In this document: positions 16,819 to 25,582 of the stretch, in pieces | Numbering within the stretch: the stretch's first letter is position 1 | Layout: each line of letters begins with the position of its first letter | Virus record (IMG/VR): IMGVR_UViG_3300046777_001311 | Coordinates: 1-58,804 of that record | Source of the DNA: a virus | Lineage: Duplodnaviria; Caudoviricetes | Reading direction: 5' to 3' (one strand) | DNA length: 58,804 nucleotides | Position numbers and translations under genes: made by a program | The notes under the pieces: model-generated | Database searches by the model: none | Seen by the model: the letters and a program-made list of their open reading frames with translations, nothing else | What the model was told of the DNA's origin: nothing

Positions 16819-17721
16819 ATGTGCATAGCAATCTTAAACCCTGAAGATGTTACTCTTGATAAGAGTGTTCTTCGCACGTGTTGGGACAATAACACGGATG
16901 GAGCTGGTATTCTATACGTAGATGGCGGCGTCCTAAAAACACACAAGGAGATGTCTAACTTTGATTCATTCTATGATGAGTATCTACGTATACGTAGTGC
17001 TCACAAGGAGTCTCAAGTAGTCATACACTTCCGTATATCTACACATGGCAAGGTCAATGAGACTAACTGCCACCCATTTATTGTAGATGATTATTGGGGT
17101 TTTGTGCATAACGGTATCATATCCAATGCACCACACCATGCTGATTACAGCGACACCTATATGTTTAATCAAGAGGTACTTCAAAAGCTACCTAAGGATT
17201 GGTTATTCAATGACGCCATCTATGAACTTGTTGTAGGTTACATTGGCTCATCTAAGTTGCTGTTTCTTAATGCCGACAACGATGCCTATATTCTTAACGA
17301 AGATATGGGTGTGTGGGACTTAGGCTGTTGGTTTAGTAACAAGACGTACAAAGAGTCACGCTACTTTGACTATGGCGGTAAGCAGGTATGGAAGTCGGCG
17401 GCGACCCCTACTATCACCTCCTCCTCTACTACTAAAGATTATTCTACTAAGTGGTGGGACCGTAATGATTACTCACCTAAGTGGGAGTGGGATGATAAGA
17501 AAAAAGATTATGTTAACAAGTCGGCGGCTGCGGATGTTTTTGATGATGAGGATGTGGATGTGGACAACTACCCATACGCCGAGTGGCCGACTGATGCGTC
17601 TGAGTTATTCATAGACACTTGCGATGGCTGTGATTCTCCAGAGGTGCTTGTCGCCTACGATACATCATACAACGCTTGCCTATGTAAAAGCTGCCACGAT
17701 GATTTGTACACACCCTTTTAA
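16819..17721 (+). CDS. Class II (Ntn) glutamine amidotransferase
   Basis: N-terminal Cys (MCIAI), NxDGAG, HFRISTHG, NCHPF, HNGII, SDT. Confidence 0.9.
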   Translation: MCIAILNPEDVTLDKSVLRTCWDNNTDGAGILYVDGGVLKTHKEMSNFDSFYDEYLRIRSAHKESQVVIHFRISTHGKVNETNCHPFIVDDYWGFVHNGIISNAPHHADYSDTYMFNQEVLQKLPKDWLFNDAIYELVVGYIGSSKLLFLNADNDAYILNEDMGVWDLGCWFSNKTYKESRYFDYGGKQVWKSAATPTITSSSTTKDYSTKWWDRNDYSPKWEWDDKKKDYVNKSAAADVFDDEDVDVDNYPYAEWPTDASELFIDTCDGCDSPEVLVAYDTSYNACLCKSCHDDLYTPF

Positions 17722-17731
17722 CACATGAGTT

Positions 17732-18004
17732 ATGACAAAAGACCAACTGATGCAATGGTGGTTAAAACCACATGAGTATGTAAGATACAGGAGGGCATTG
17801 AGAGATAACTACGCTACTCATTATACAAATTATCTTCAAAGATTTGATGCATACCTATCTGCTGAACTTCATGGTGATTGCGATTATAGGCATGAGTTTT
17901 ATTCTTTAATAGATCAATTTGCATGGCGTAATTCTAAAGAGGGTCATGACTATTGGAGTTGCATATCAGAAAGACGTAGGCCTCTTGGAACTCAAACTAA
18001 ATAG
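17732..18004 (+). CDS. Hypothetical protein
   Basis: ORF in the early operon. Confidence 0.6.
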   Translation: MTKDQLMQWWLKPHEYVRYRRALRDNYATHYTNYLQRFDAYLSAELHGDCDYRHEFYSLIDQFAWRNSKEGHDYWSCISERRRPLGTQTK

Positions 18005-18006
18005 AT

Positions 18007-18321
18007 ATGAATAAGATGATTTGTCAATTAGGTTTTACCTCTACGATGTATGAAACTACATCGTGGGGTAAACAACTAAGGGTAGAGGTTACATGTTTAG
18101 CTGACTTCTATCTTCTATCAGGCACTGTTAGTAGTGGTCACATGTATGTAGAGTTACATACTGATTATAATAATCAAGTGTTTGATATTGGGTTGTATAC
18201 ATTGGATGGGCGGCTGTCCGATTTTGATGGGGTAAAAGAACTTCCCCGACCAATCATAGACCACATGCATGAATACATGGGCGTTGATTGTAGTAAGCAA
18301 ATAGTTCTATTAGAATCTTAA
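18007..18321 (+). CDS. Hypothetical protein
   Basis: ORF in the early operon. Confidence 0.6.
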   Translation: MNKMICQLGFTSTMYETTSWGKQLRVEVTCLADFYLLSGTVSSGHMYVELHTDYNNQVFDIGLYTLDGRLSDFDGVKELPRPIIDHMHEYMGVDCSKQIVLLES

Positions 18322-18332
18322 ACTTTATTAAC

Positions 18333-18467
18333 ATGACTCCAGAAGAGAAAAAAGAAATTGTAGAATGCTACATTGAGGATTTTATTATGTACCTAACATC
18401 TGACGATAAGTTAAGAGATAGATACTACTCCGCCCTTCAAGATTACATGAAAGAAGTTTACCAATAA
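18333..18467 (+). CDS. Small hypothetical protein, 44 aa (not in the supplied ORF track)
   Basis: MTPEEKKEIVECYIEDFIMYLTSDDKLRDRYYSALQDYMKEVYQ*; fills the gap between ORFs. Confidence 0.55.
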   Translation: MTPEEKKEIVECYIEDFIMYLTSDDKLRDRYYSALQDYMKEVYQ

Positions 18468-18475
18468 TTAGAAAG

Positions 18476-18853
18476 ATGAACTACGATACATTCCTTATGC
18501 ACAAAGTCTTAATAGACGATGGTGTTTCAGTCAACAATGTTATGTTTGAATCACTACCTTATGATGAGCAGTTCGATATAATTGAAGAATTATTCAGCGG
18601 CTTCGAGGCTTCTGGTTTCAATGTACCTGAGATAGACCTACTCACATGTCTCAAGAACTATGTATATGCAAGTAAGTTTTGTCTAACATACGGCAATCAA
18701 ACATACGAACTTGAGGTAGACGTAACTAACTATGAGTTTAATAACCTATACGCACACGTTATGTCAGGCGAGTTTTCTAACCACCCATGTGGTGAGACTC
18801 TATACAAGATAATTAATGGCAAGATAAAAATAAAGGAGGTTGACAATGCCTAA
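18476..18853 (+). CDS. Hypothetical protein
   Basis: ORF in the early operon. Confidence 0.6.
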   Translation: MNYDTFLMHKVLIDDGVSVNNVMFESLPYDEQFDIIEELFSGFEASGFNVPEIDLLTCLKNYVYASKFCLTYGNQTYELEVDVTNYEFNNLYAHVMSGEFSNHPCGETLYKIINGKIKIKEVDNA

Positions 18854-19334
18854 CTGGTGTAGAAATGACGTTTACTTCTCAGGTAACAACTTACACAAGG
18901 TAGAAAAGTTGTTCGATGATTTAATCAAAGAGCAAAATGAGACGAGGCTTGGTGTCCGACCTGATTGGAAGGTAATGTCTAAGAAGGATTGTCTATTCAT
19001 GTTTGAGATATACAAGAATGATTCAGGACATTATTCATTCGATAGCAGGTGGGCTCCTGCACATGAGACTATGTTTTATATTGGGCGGCGTTTCAAAATT
19101 GCATTCAGCATGAGCTACGATGAGTGTGGTATGGGGTTGTATGGTCAGTATACGTTTGACCCATCACAACCCAACATTCTAATGTCTAAAGATGCTTCCA
19201 ATATAAACTATGAGTATGATGAATACTTTGATATGTACACATACAATGGTGATAAGTATGAATCCATGTATGACTTTTTAGATAATGTATTAGAATCACA
19301 AGAACCCTCACCAATAATAATGATCAGCACATGA
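18846..19334 (+). CDS. YubB/DUF1281 ferredoxin-like fold protein
   Basis: Characteristic N-terminal MPNWCxN, FDSRWAP and YDECGMGLYG motifs. Confidence 0.65.
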   Translation: MPNWCRNDVYFSGNNLHKVEKLFDDLIKEQNETRLGVRPDWKVMSKKDCLFMFEIYKNDSGHYSFDSRWAPAHETMFYIGRRFKIAFSMSYDECGMGLYGQYTFDPSQPNILMSKDASNINYEYDEYFDMYTYNGDKYESMYDFLDNVLESQEPSPIIMIST

Positions 19335-19519
19335 GAAAAGTTTCAGGAGTTATAATGATTGTATCATCCTTTGCTATTACACTGGCAACGCTATTTATGT
19401 TAGCGGCTTTCGAGTATAATACTTTAAGGGATGCTTCAATCTACACATTCCTTGTGGTATCATCCATAGGAATATTATCAGCAATCGTTTTAGCAATCTA
19501 TGATATAAATAAGTTATGA
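19331..19519 (+). CDS. Small membrane protein
   Basis: Two hydrophobic helices. Confidence 0.6.
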   Translation: MRKVSGVIMIVSSFAITLATLFMLAAFEYNTLRDASIYTFLVVSSIGILSAIVLAIYDINKL

Positions 19520-19770
19520 AGATAGAACCTGTATGGGCATGCTCCTTTCACTTTTGTAGAAAGGAATGCTCGAAAGACTTAAAAGAAGTTGGGGATTGTA
19601 TGTGTCACAATATGAATTGGGACAAGGCTAATAAGCCTGATGGATATGCTAACCTTCCTGTTAGTACAACCATAGTATTACAACCTGGAGAGATAAACTC
19701 TGAGAAAAAACGCAAGGCAAGATTAACAAACAAAGTAGTATTAAGACCTTATGGAAGCAAAAAAACCTAA
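19516..19770 (+). CDS. Hypothetical Cys-containing protein
   Basis: ATGA coupling; several Cys near the N-terminus. Confidence 0.5.
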   Translation: MKIEPVWACSFHFCRKECSKDLKEVGDCMCHNMNWDKANKPDGYANLPVSTTIVLQPGEINSEKKRKARLTNKVVLRPYGSKKT

Positions 19771-19906
19771 GTACATCTGCGTGATGTCAAGTACCGAGCA
19801 GGGTATCAAAAGAGAAAAGATTAACTATAATGACTGGTCTATCATGGTACGCCAAGAGACAGACAGTTATTATGGAATCGTAAAAGATTATAAATCAGTT
19901 AGTTAA
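19751..19906 (+). CDS. Small hypothetical protein, 51 aa (not in the supplied ORF track)
   Basis: MEAKKPKYICVMSSTEQGIKREKINYNDWSIMVRQETDSYYGIVKDYKSVS*. Confidence 0.5.
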   Translation: MEAKKPKYICVMSSTEQGIKREKINYNDWSIMVRQETDSYYGIVKDYKSVS

Positions 19907-19933
19907 TTGTTGTTTGATTGTTTATTGGTTAAA

Positions 19934-19983
19934 TAATAAGGGTGGGTGTATGTTGTTGATTGTCATACACTTACCCCTTATTA
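19934..19983 (+). terminator. Long hairpin ending the early operon (terminator or sRNA 3' end)
   Basis: TAATAAGGGTGGGTGTATG...CATACACTTACCCCTTATTA, with G-U pairs on +. Confidence 0.55.
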
Positions 19984-20043
19984 GACTTATTAGTTAAACA
20001 TATCAAACATTAGAATACATTGTAAACAAACACGTTAAATCAA

Positions 20044-20286
20044 ATGAAAAAAACAGTTCTATGTGGCGAGTTAGCCGTAAAAGAGTATGTCGCTGGAGAT
20101 ATGCCAAAGGTAAAAGAGTATATCAAATCAGGTGAGGCAAGAGTGTTAGACATAACTATGTCAACAACCTTAGACTCTATAATAGATGATATAAGAGGTT
20201 GGTTCGACTTTATCTTAATCGTAGGTAAAGATGCGGAAGATTTATTAACTTTCCATTACAAATTGTTGAAAGAAAATGAACAATAA
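20044..20286 (+). CDS. Hypothetical protein
   Basis: ORF with A-rich leader. Confidence 0.6.
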   Translation: MKKTVLCGELAVKEYVAGDMPKVKEYIKSGEARVLDITMSTTLDSIIDDIRGWFDFILIVGKDAEDLLTFHYKLLKENEQ

Positions 20287-20288
20287 AT

Positions 20289-20319
20289 TTTGGAAAATAA
20301 AATAGTAAACATATATTTG
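20289..20319 (+). promoter_or_regulatory. Bacteroidota promoter (-33 TTTG, -7 TATATTTG)
   Basis: TTTG 20289-20292 and TATATTTG 20312-20319, 19-nt spacer. Confidence 0.7.
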
Positions 20320-20323
20320 CATT

Positions 20324-20515
20324 ATGAACTTAATAGAATTTATACATAAGAACATAGACATAATTTCACTGTCTGAGATATCAAGACAAGCTGATATTGA
20401 ACGTAGTAAGTTACACAAAAACGTATACGCTGGAAGGCTATCTGATAGAGATGCTGCACGTATAAAAGAAATACTAATCAATCTTCAAAAGGATATAGAA
20501 TCTATTGAAGGCTAA
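20324..20515 (+). CDS. Small HTH (Cro/XRE-like) DNA-binding protein
   Basis: SLSEISRQADIERSKLHKNV fits an HTH pattern; 63 aa. Confidence 0.6.
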   Translation: MNLIEFIHKNIDIISLSEISRQADIERSKLHKNVYAGRLSDRDAARIKEILINLQKDIESIEG

Positions 20516-20732
20516 GGTATTGCAAAGGGCACAACTCGTAGTGAGTTGGTTCGCCAAAAGAAATAGGGATCCAAAGAATACAGCAAAGGTATACTTTCCA
20601 TTTGAATATAGAAAGATGATGCGTGTCTTTAGAGATAGCTGTTTCTCTTTCACTGAGGATGATATATCCAAGTGGGAGGAGCTAATCAGAATATTAACCG
20701 CCCAAGAAAGGGCAACTAAAAAACAAAAATAA
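20505..20732 (+). CDS. Hypothetical protein
   Basis: ORF with TTG start overlapping the previous gene. Confidence 0.5.
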   Translation: MKAKVLQRAQLVVSWFAKRNRDPKNTAKVYFPFEYRKMMRVFRDSCFSFTEDDISKWEELIRILTAQERATKKQK

Positions 20733-20734
20733 AA

Positions 20735-21016
20735 ATGGAAAAGTTCGACCTACCATCAGAGTCAGCCATGAGTTTTGGAATGGCTAAAACAGAGTTTGTT
20801 CAAATGATGTTGTTGTTTAACCCACATCGTAGCAACGATGATATTAAGAAATCATTCAATGAGATATGCGAGATGTTCAGCAATACTCTTATTGATGATA
20901 TTCTAAATGACCTAAGAGCATACGAGAAGTTTGAAGAAATGGTTAAATCAGTAAACGATTTTAAAGAAAATGAAAAGGAAAGCGAAGAGAGTGCAAGTTC
21001 GGAAACCAACGATTAA
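20735..21016 (+). CDS. Hypothetical protein
   Basis: ORF in operon. Confidence 0.6.
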   Translation: MEKFDLPSESAMSFGMAKTEFVQMMLLFNPHRSNDDIKKSFNEICEMFSNTLIDDILNDLRAYEKFEEMVKSVNDFKENEKESEESASSETND

Positions 21017-21320
21017 AAGGTTATCGAGAGCTGATAAGATACGCCAGGCATACGAACTAAAGAAAAGAGTTCAAGATGCCTTGATACTTGCAGGTCTTGA
21101 CATTAATCAGAAGTATATGCCATACGCTAAGTTGTTTGAACTATTGTATGTGTCTATTGAACCTGATGTTAATGAGAGACGTGTTAGACTTAGGCGTATT
21201 ATTAGCGGCGTTCCAAAGTTAGAGGACGCCTTTTGGGTAGAGATACTATACAGGTACTGCTCAGAAATAGGAAAGGTATCAGAGCATTATTGCTCATTTG
21301 AATTTCAATCTAAGTTTTAA
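20970..21320 (+). CDS. Hypothetical basic protein
   Basis: ORF coupled to the exonuclease gene. Confidence 0.55.
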   Translation: MKRKAKRVQVRKPTIKRLSRADKIRQAYELKKRVQDALILAGLDINQKYMPYAKLFELLYVSIEPDVNERRVRLRRIISGVPKLEDAFWVEILYRYCSEIGKVSEHYCSFEFQSKF

Positions 21321-22177
21321 TGGAAGATTACAGACAATTAGATGGGGTAAACTACTCATCACTAAAGCTTTATCACAGAAGCCCACTACACTACAAGCAC
21401 TACATTGAGAATCCTTCAGAGTCTACTGAGGCTCAGAAGTTAGGTACATTAGTACACACGTTAGTCCTTGAGCCGCATAAGTTTGAACAGGAGTATACAG
21501 TATTCAATCCTAATGACAGACCTAACACCGCAGCCGATTTCAGAAATGCTGAGAACAAGTTATGGAAACAGGTTATCATCGAGGAGGCGGCTAATCATGG
21601 TCGTATGGTTATCGACTCAGAGACCTTTGATAAGGCTAATGGTATGGCTAAGAATGTACTTAGGATACCTGCTGTTCAGAAACTATTAGCATCGGCTGAG
21701 ATTGAATCAGGTATACAATGGACAGACCAAATGACTGGAGTGTTATGTAAGGGTAAGCCTGATGGCTACAATAAATCTACACGAGTTGTATTTGATTTAA
21801 AGACTACCATATCAGCACACCCTACAGACTTTCAAAGGTCTATATGGAACTATCGTTACCACGAGCAGGCGGCGTTCTATGTTAATGGTCTCAATGCTAT
21901 ACACGGTGATGGTACATTCAAGAGATTCATATTCATAGCTGTTGAGAAGGATGCGCCATACGCTGCATCAATCTTCATGCTTGCTGAATCAGCACTTAAT
22001 GTAGGATGGATTACATGTCAATCGCTACTCAATATGCACAAGCAATGCTCTGATTCTAATAATTGGTCATATCAATATGACATACTATCTCAGCATAGCT
22101 CTGGTGTTATTGACATGGATCTACCCGACTTCGCCTATATGAAGGCGGAAAATGATGAACTAACTAATCAATTCTAA
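21320..22177 (+). CDS. RecE/exonuclease VIII-like PD-(D/E)XK nuclease (DUF3799 type)
   Basis: GTLVHTLVLEP, CKGKPD, DLKTT, YHEQAAFY, FIFIAVEKDAPY; adjacent to RecT. Confidence 0.85.
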   Translation: MEDYRQLDGVNYSSLKLYHRSPLHYKHYIENPSESTEAQKLGTLVHTLVLEPHKFEQEYTVFNPNDRPNTAADFRNAENKLWKQVIIEEAANHGRMVIDSETFDKANGMAKNVLRIPAVQKLLASAEIESGIQWTDQMTGVLCKGKPDGYNKSTRVVFDLKTTISAHPTDFQRSIWNYRYHEQAAFYVNGLNAIHGDGTFKRFIFIAVEKDAPYAASIFMLAESALNVGWITCQSLLNMHKQCSDSNNWSYQYDILSQHSSGVIDMDLPDFAYMKAENDELTNQF

Positions 22178-22178
22178 T

Positions 22179-22988
22179 ATGAATAAAGCTGTAGAAATTA
22201 AAAAGTTCGAGAGCCAAGTAAAGGCTTATGAGGACACTATCTCTAAACTCGTTGGTACTAAGTATGGTATTACACCTGATGAGTTTGCTATGTCAGTTAT
22301 GACGGCTGTGAAAAAAACGCCTAAGCTATTAAACTGTGACAGAGGGTCACTGTTTGCTTCGGTTCTTTTATCAGCCGAGTTAAAGCTACCATTCAATACC
22401 CCGTCTGGTTTTGCCTACATCATACCCTATGGTAATGAGGCGCAATTCCAATTAGGGTATAAGGGTTTGGTGGAGATTGCATATAGAAACCCAAGAGTTA
22501 AGTCAGTGTATGCAGGTGTTGTATATACTGATGAGGTTGAACAGGGTAGATTTAAATACTCAAGAGGTGTAAATGTAACATTAGAACATGACCCAATACT
22601 TAACAGAACAAAAGAACAGGACGATGCTAAGGAAGTTTATTGCGCCTATGGTATCGTTAAGCTTGAAGGTACTGACCCTATCATTGAAGTACTTGACTTT
22701 AATCAGCTATCTAAGATTAAGAAGTTGAGTAAGGCTGGCGGCTCGCAATCAAGTCCATACAACAATGGAACTGATGTCGCTGATTGGATGTTTAAGAAGG
22801 CGGCTATCAAACAATGCCTCAAGACTGTACCTAAGCAGGGTGTACCTGAGATTGGCATGGCTGTGGAAATTGATGATAAGCTATCCGTTGGAGGCAAGGC
22901 TATCATAACAGATGATGGCGTAGATATACAAGACGTTGACTTTATAGAAAAGACAGGAGCTAAAGACGAAATATTTAACGAACTATGA
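22179..22988 (+). CDS. recT: RecT-family single-strand annealing protein
   Basis: PKLLNCDRGSL, GFAYIIPY, AQFQLGYKGLVEIAYR, WMFKKAAIKQ. Confidence 0.9.
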   Translation: MNKAVEIKKFESQVKAYEDTISKLVGTKYGITPDEFAMSVMTAVKKTPKLLNCDRGSLFASVLLSAELKLPFNTPSGFAYIIPYGNEAQFQLGYKGLVEIAYRNPRVKSVYAGVVYTDEVEQGRFKYSRGVNVTLEHDPILNRTKEQDDAKEVYCAYGIVKLEGTDPIIEVLDFNQLSKIKKLSKAGGSQSSPYNNGTDVADWMFKKAAIKQCLKTVPKQGVPEIGMAVEIDDKLSVGGKAIITDDGVDIQDVDFIEKTGAKDEIFNEL

Positions 22989-23410
22989 AGATTACCTTAA
23001 CCCCCGAAGAGTACGGCAGTTGCCATTTGATTATGGCTAACAAGCTGTACTTAAACAAGGAGGCCGACATAAAACAAATTGTCGCCTCCTACTCTTTCTG
23101 TAAATGGCAGAACATCTTCTTTAATCAACTTGACGATACAGCAGAGCATGCTGTAATCTTCTCAGGCAAGAAGATTCTGTTCTACATATCCAATGATGAT
23201 CACATGTCATTTGACATAAGTCAAGCTAAGAAGATTGACGGTGATATTGTTGTACTCACACGTGTACACAATGACCACGTTGATTTTGTCGGCTATGCAA
23301 AAGTGTCTGACATATATGTTTGGGAGAATGTTAGAATAACTGGAGACCTTTCGAAAGAGGTTACTATCACCCTTAATGATTTACATAAATTCAAAGAAGA
23401 TGTCGGATGA
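22985..23410 (+). CDS. Hypothetical protein
   Basis: ORF with ATGA coupling. Confidence 0.6.
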   Translation: MKITLTPEEYGSCHLIMANKLYLNKEADIKQIVASYSFCKWQNIFFNQLDDTAEHAVIFSGKKILFYISNDDHMSFDISQAKKIDGDIVVLTRVHNDHVDFVGYAKVSDIYVWENVRITGDLSKEVTITLNDLHKFKEDVG

Positions 23411-23615
23411 ACAAATTAAAATGGGTAGCATGATGCTACACAGAGGTCACAGGTTGTTTAGATACAACACAAAGACCACAGAGCTTTCCGTTTGCACAAG
23501 TTATGAGATTGATGATAACGGAAATAAAAAAGTCGTAGTAGAACAGGATTGCATCTACATTATGGCTTTAAATGAAAGAAATGCAATCCGTAAACTTAAA
23601 AACTTATCAAAATGA
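23400..23615 (+). CDS. Hypothetical protein
   Basis: ORF, ATG 23400. Confidence 0.6.
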   Translation: MSDEQIKMGSMMLHRGHRLFRYNTKTTELSVCTSYEIDDNGNKKVVVEQDCIYIMALNERNAIRKLKNLSK

Positions 23616-23881
23616 TTATTGCACTTGTTTTAGGCGGCTTAGTATTAAGCGCATCACTTTATTTCAATTACAGATTATATTCTCAGTTGACTACTCTTGA
23701 AGAATACCTATTTCTTAAAGAGGCTGTGCGAGAGGCTAACTTAACTATTCAAAGAGGTCTTAACAAAGCTTCTAATGTAAAAAGAAAGCCAGGACGTCCA
23801 AGAAAGACAGAGATTATTGTTACACCTGCTAAAAAACGTGGACGTCCAAGAAAGACGGAAACTAATAACAAGAGGAAGTAG
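23612..23881 (+). CDS. Membrane-anchored protein with two AT-hook motifs
   Basis: N-terminal hydrophobic helix; KRKPGRPRK and KKRGRPRK. Confidence 0.65.
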   Translation: MIIALVLGGLVLSASLYFNYRLYSQLTTLEEYLFLKEAVREANLTIQRGLNKASNVKRKPGRPRKTEIIVTPAKKRGRPRKTETNNKRK

Positions 23882-23882
23882 T

Positions 23883-24224
23883 ATGAAGGATGAAGAAAAG
23901 ATAAAGGTTCTTAATCTTCTTATGTGGTTACAGGTAAGCATATATGCTATTGATGAGTGTGAGCCAATTAATTGGTTCTACACTCGTCAAACCAAGCAGC
24001 TAATAAAGAGATTAGTTGAAACCATTCAAAAGGAACATGGTCCGGTTATTAAAGCCTTGTGGGATACCGATGGTGTTCAAATGCCCGATGTAACTAAAGC
24101 GATAGACAAATTCGCTTCTCAGTTATCAAATACTGACTACTATAAACTTCCAGACGTAACAAGATTAATTGAAATGTATAACAATGGTGAGATGGAAAGG
24201 TATTTCATACACCCAAAAAAATAA
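23883..24224 (+). CDS. Hypothetical protein
   Basis: ATG 23883 (MKDEEK). Confidence 0.6.
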   Translation: MKDEEKIKVLNLLMWLQVSIYAIDECEPINWFYTRQTKQLIKRLVETIQKEHGPVIKALWDTDGVQMPDVTKAIDKFASQLSNTDYYKLPDVTRLIEMYNNGEMERYFIHPKK

Positions 24225-24230
24225 AGTAAT

Positions 24231-24479
24231 ATGACACCAGCAGGAGGAATGATCAAAGTATCACCAATTTTAATTGACAAATCAAAGTCACCACTATTCA
24301 CAAACAACGCACCTGAGTATTCATCTTTAGGAAAAATAGTAGAGATGGGTCCAGATGTTGAAGGATTTACAGTAGGTCAGGTAATAGTTTACAATGCTAA
24401 GCTATTAGTTATAGCTACTGAAAACAACGAAAAGTTCGGTTATATCCATCAGGATAAAGTCGAAGCCGTATACGAATAA
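24231..24479 (+). CDS. Second GroES/Cpn10-like protein
   Basis: 82 aa: PAGGMIKV...LGKIVEMGPDVEGFTVGQVIVY...YIHQDKVEAV follows the GroES pattern. Confidence 0.6.
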   Translation: MTPAGGMIKVSPILIDKSKSPLFTNNAPEYSSLGKIVEMGPDVEGFTVGQVIVYNAKLLVIATENNEKFGYIHQDKVEAVYE

Positions 24480-24770
24480 TTATTTTTTAGAGCTTCTACC
24501 ACCCTTGCCATTACGCGCACGGTTGGTAGAGGCTTTTTCTTTTACAACTCTTCCAGACTTAGTATGGCTCATATCTTTGCCATCACCATTTCCATAAGTC
24601 TTTGCCTTTTTATTGGCGGCGTTCAATTCTGAACGATACTTACGTCTCTCAGGAGTAGAATGATACTCCTTATTGTAGGCGTTCTTTTTATCTCGCGCAG
24701 TCTTATTTTCTTGAAAGTACTTTGCTGATTCTGATTTACCCTTTTTTGTGCCGGCTAATTTGTTTCTCAT
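24480..24770 (-). CDS. Small basic protein, possibly a degenerate HNH-like fold
   Basis: GDGKDMSHTK...STNRARN resembles a truncated HNH; own promoter at 24775-24782. Confidence 0.55.
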   Translation of the reverse strand: MRNKLAGTKKGKSESAKYFQENKTARDKKNAYNKEYHSTPERRKYRSELNAANKKAKTYGNGDGKDMSHTKSGRVVKEKASTNRARNGKGGRSSKK

Positions 24771-24873
24771 AACGCAAATATAACTACGTAACTAATTGAT
24801 TTAGTGAAAAAAAGTTCAATTTGTTGAATGTGTTATGCTACTTTCTATGTACTTTAGCTTAAACAATATTATT

Positions 24874-24975
24874 ATGAAAGGACGTATTAACCCCAACGCT
24901 TTAGTTAAAAGTGTTAAAAAAGGAAGCAAGCCTTCTCCTAAAAGTGGCTCTAAGAAAAAATACGGATGTAAATAA
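24874..24975 (+). CDS. 33-aa Lys-rich peptide (not in the supplied ORF track)
   Basis: MKGRINPNALVKSVKKGSKPSPKSGSKKKYGCK*. Confidence 0.55.
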   Translation: MKGRINPNALVKSVKKGSKPSPKSGSKKKYGCK

Positions 24976-24977
24976 TT

Positions 24978-25238
24978 ATGGCATACGGAAAGAAACCAAT
25001 GGCTAAGAAAGCTGCTGCTAAGAAAGCCCCTGCAAAAAAGAAAAAAGTTATTTCTAAAAGAGTAGCTAAAAAAGCCGCTAAGAAAGCTCCTATCAAAAAA
25101 TCAGCAATTAAGACAGCTATGAAACAAGAGCGTCCTATGCCTGTTCCTCAAGCGTCTCCTATGGCAGGAGGCCCTATGGGTGGAATGATGGGAGGAGGAG
25201 GAATGATGGGTGGTGGTGGATATGGAGGAATGATGTAA
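24978..25238 (+). CDS. Histone-H1-like Lys/Ala-rich protein with a Gly/Met-rich tail
   Basis: KKAAAKKAPAKK repeats; C-terminus PMGGMMGGGGMMGGGGYGGMM. Confidence 0.7.
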   Translation: MAYGKKPMAKKAAAKKAPAKKKKVISKRVAKKAAKKAPIKKSAIKTAMKQERPMPVPQASPMAGGPMGGMMGGGGMMGGGGYGGMM

Positions 25239-25582
25239 TGGCTCACAGTCCAGAACATATCAAGAACCTACTTAAAAAGTATGGATTGAGTGGTGTCAAT
25301 AAACCTAAAAAGACACCATCTCATCCTACTAAAAAGGGTATGGTACTCGCTAAAGATGGAGAAAAGGTTAAGCTTATCCGTTTTGGCGACCAAAAGATGG
25401 GTCATAACTACTCAGCGGAGGCTCGTAAATCATTTAAATCTCGCCACGCTAAGAATATAGCTAAAGGTAAAATGAGTGCCGCATATTGGGCTGATAAAGC
25501 TTTTTGGGCAGGTCCTAAGGGTGATAAGAAAAGTCCACCTAAATCACAGAAGGTTGTTAAAGGTATAAAGAGAAGAAAATGA
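25238..25582 (+). CDS. Small basic phage protein
   Basis: KLIRFGD...ARKSFKSRH...SAAYWA; TAATG coupling. Confidence 0.7.
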   Translation: MAHSPEHIKNLLKKYGLSGVNKPKKTPSHPTKKGMVLAKDGEKVKLIRFGDQKMGHNYSAEARKSFKSRHAKNIAKGKMSAAYWADKAFWAGPKGDKKSPPKSQKVVKGIKRRK

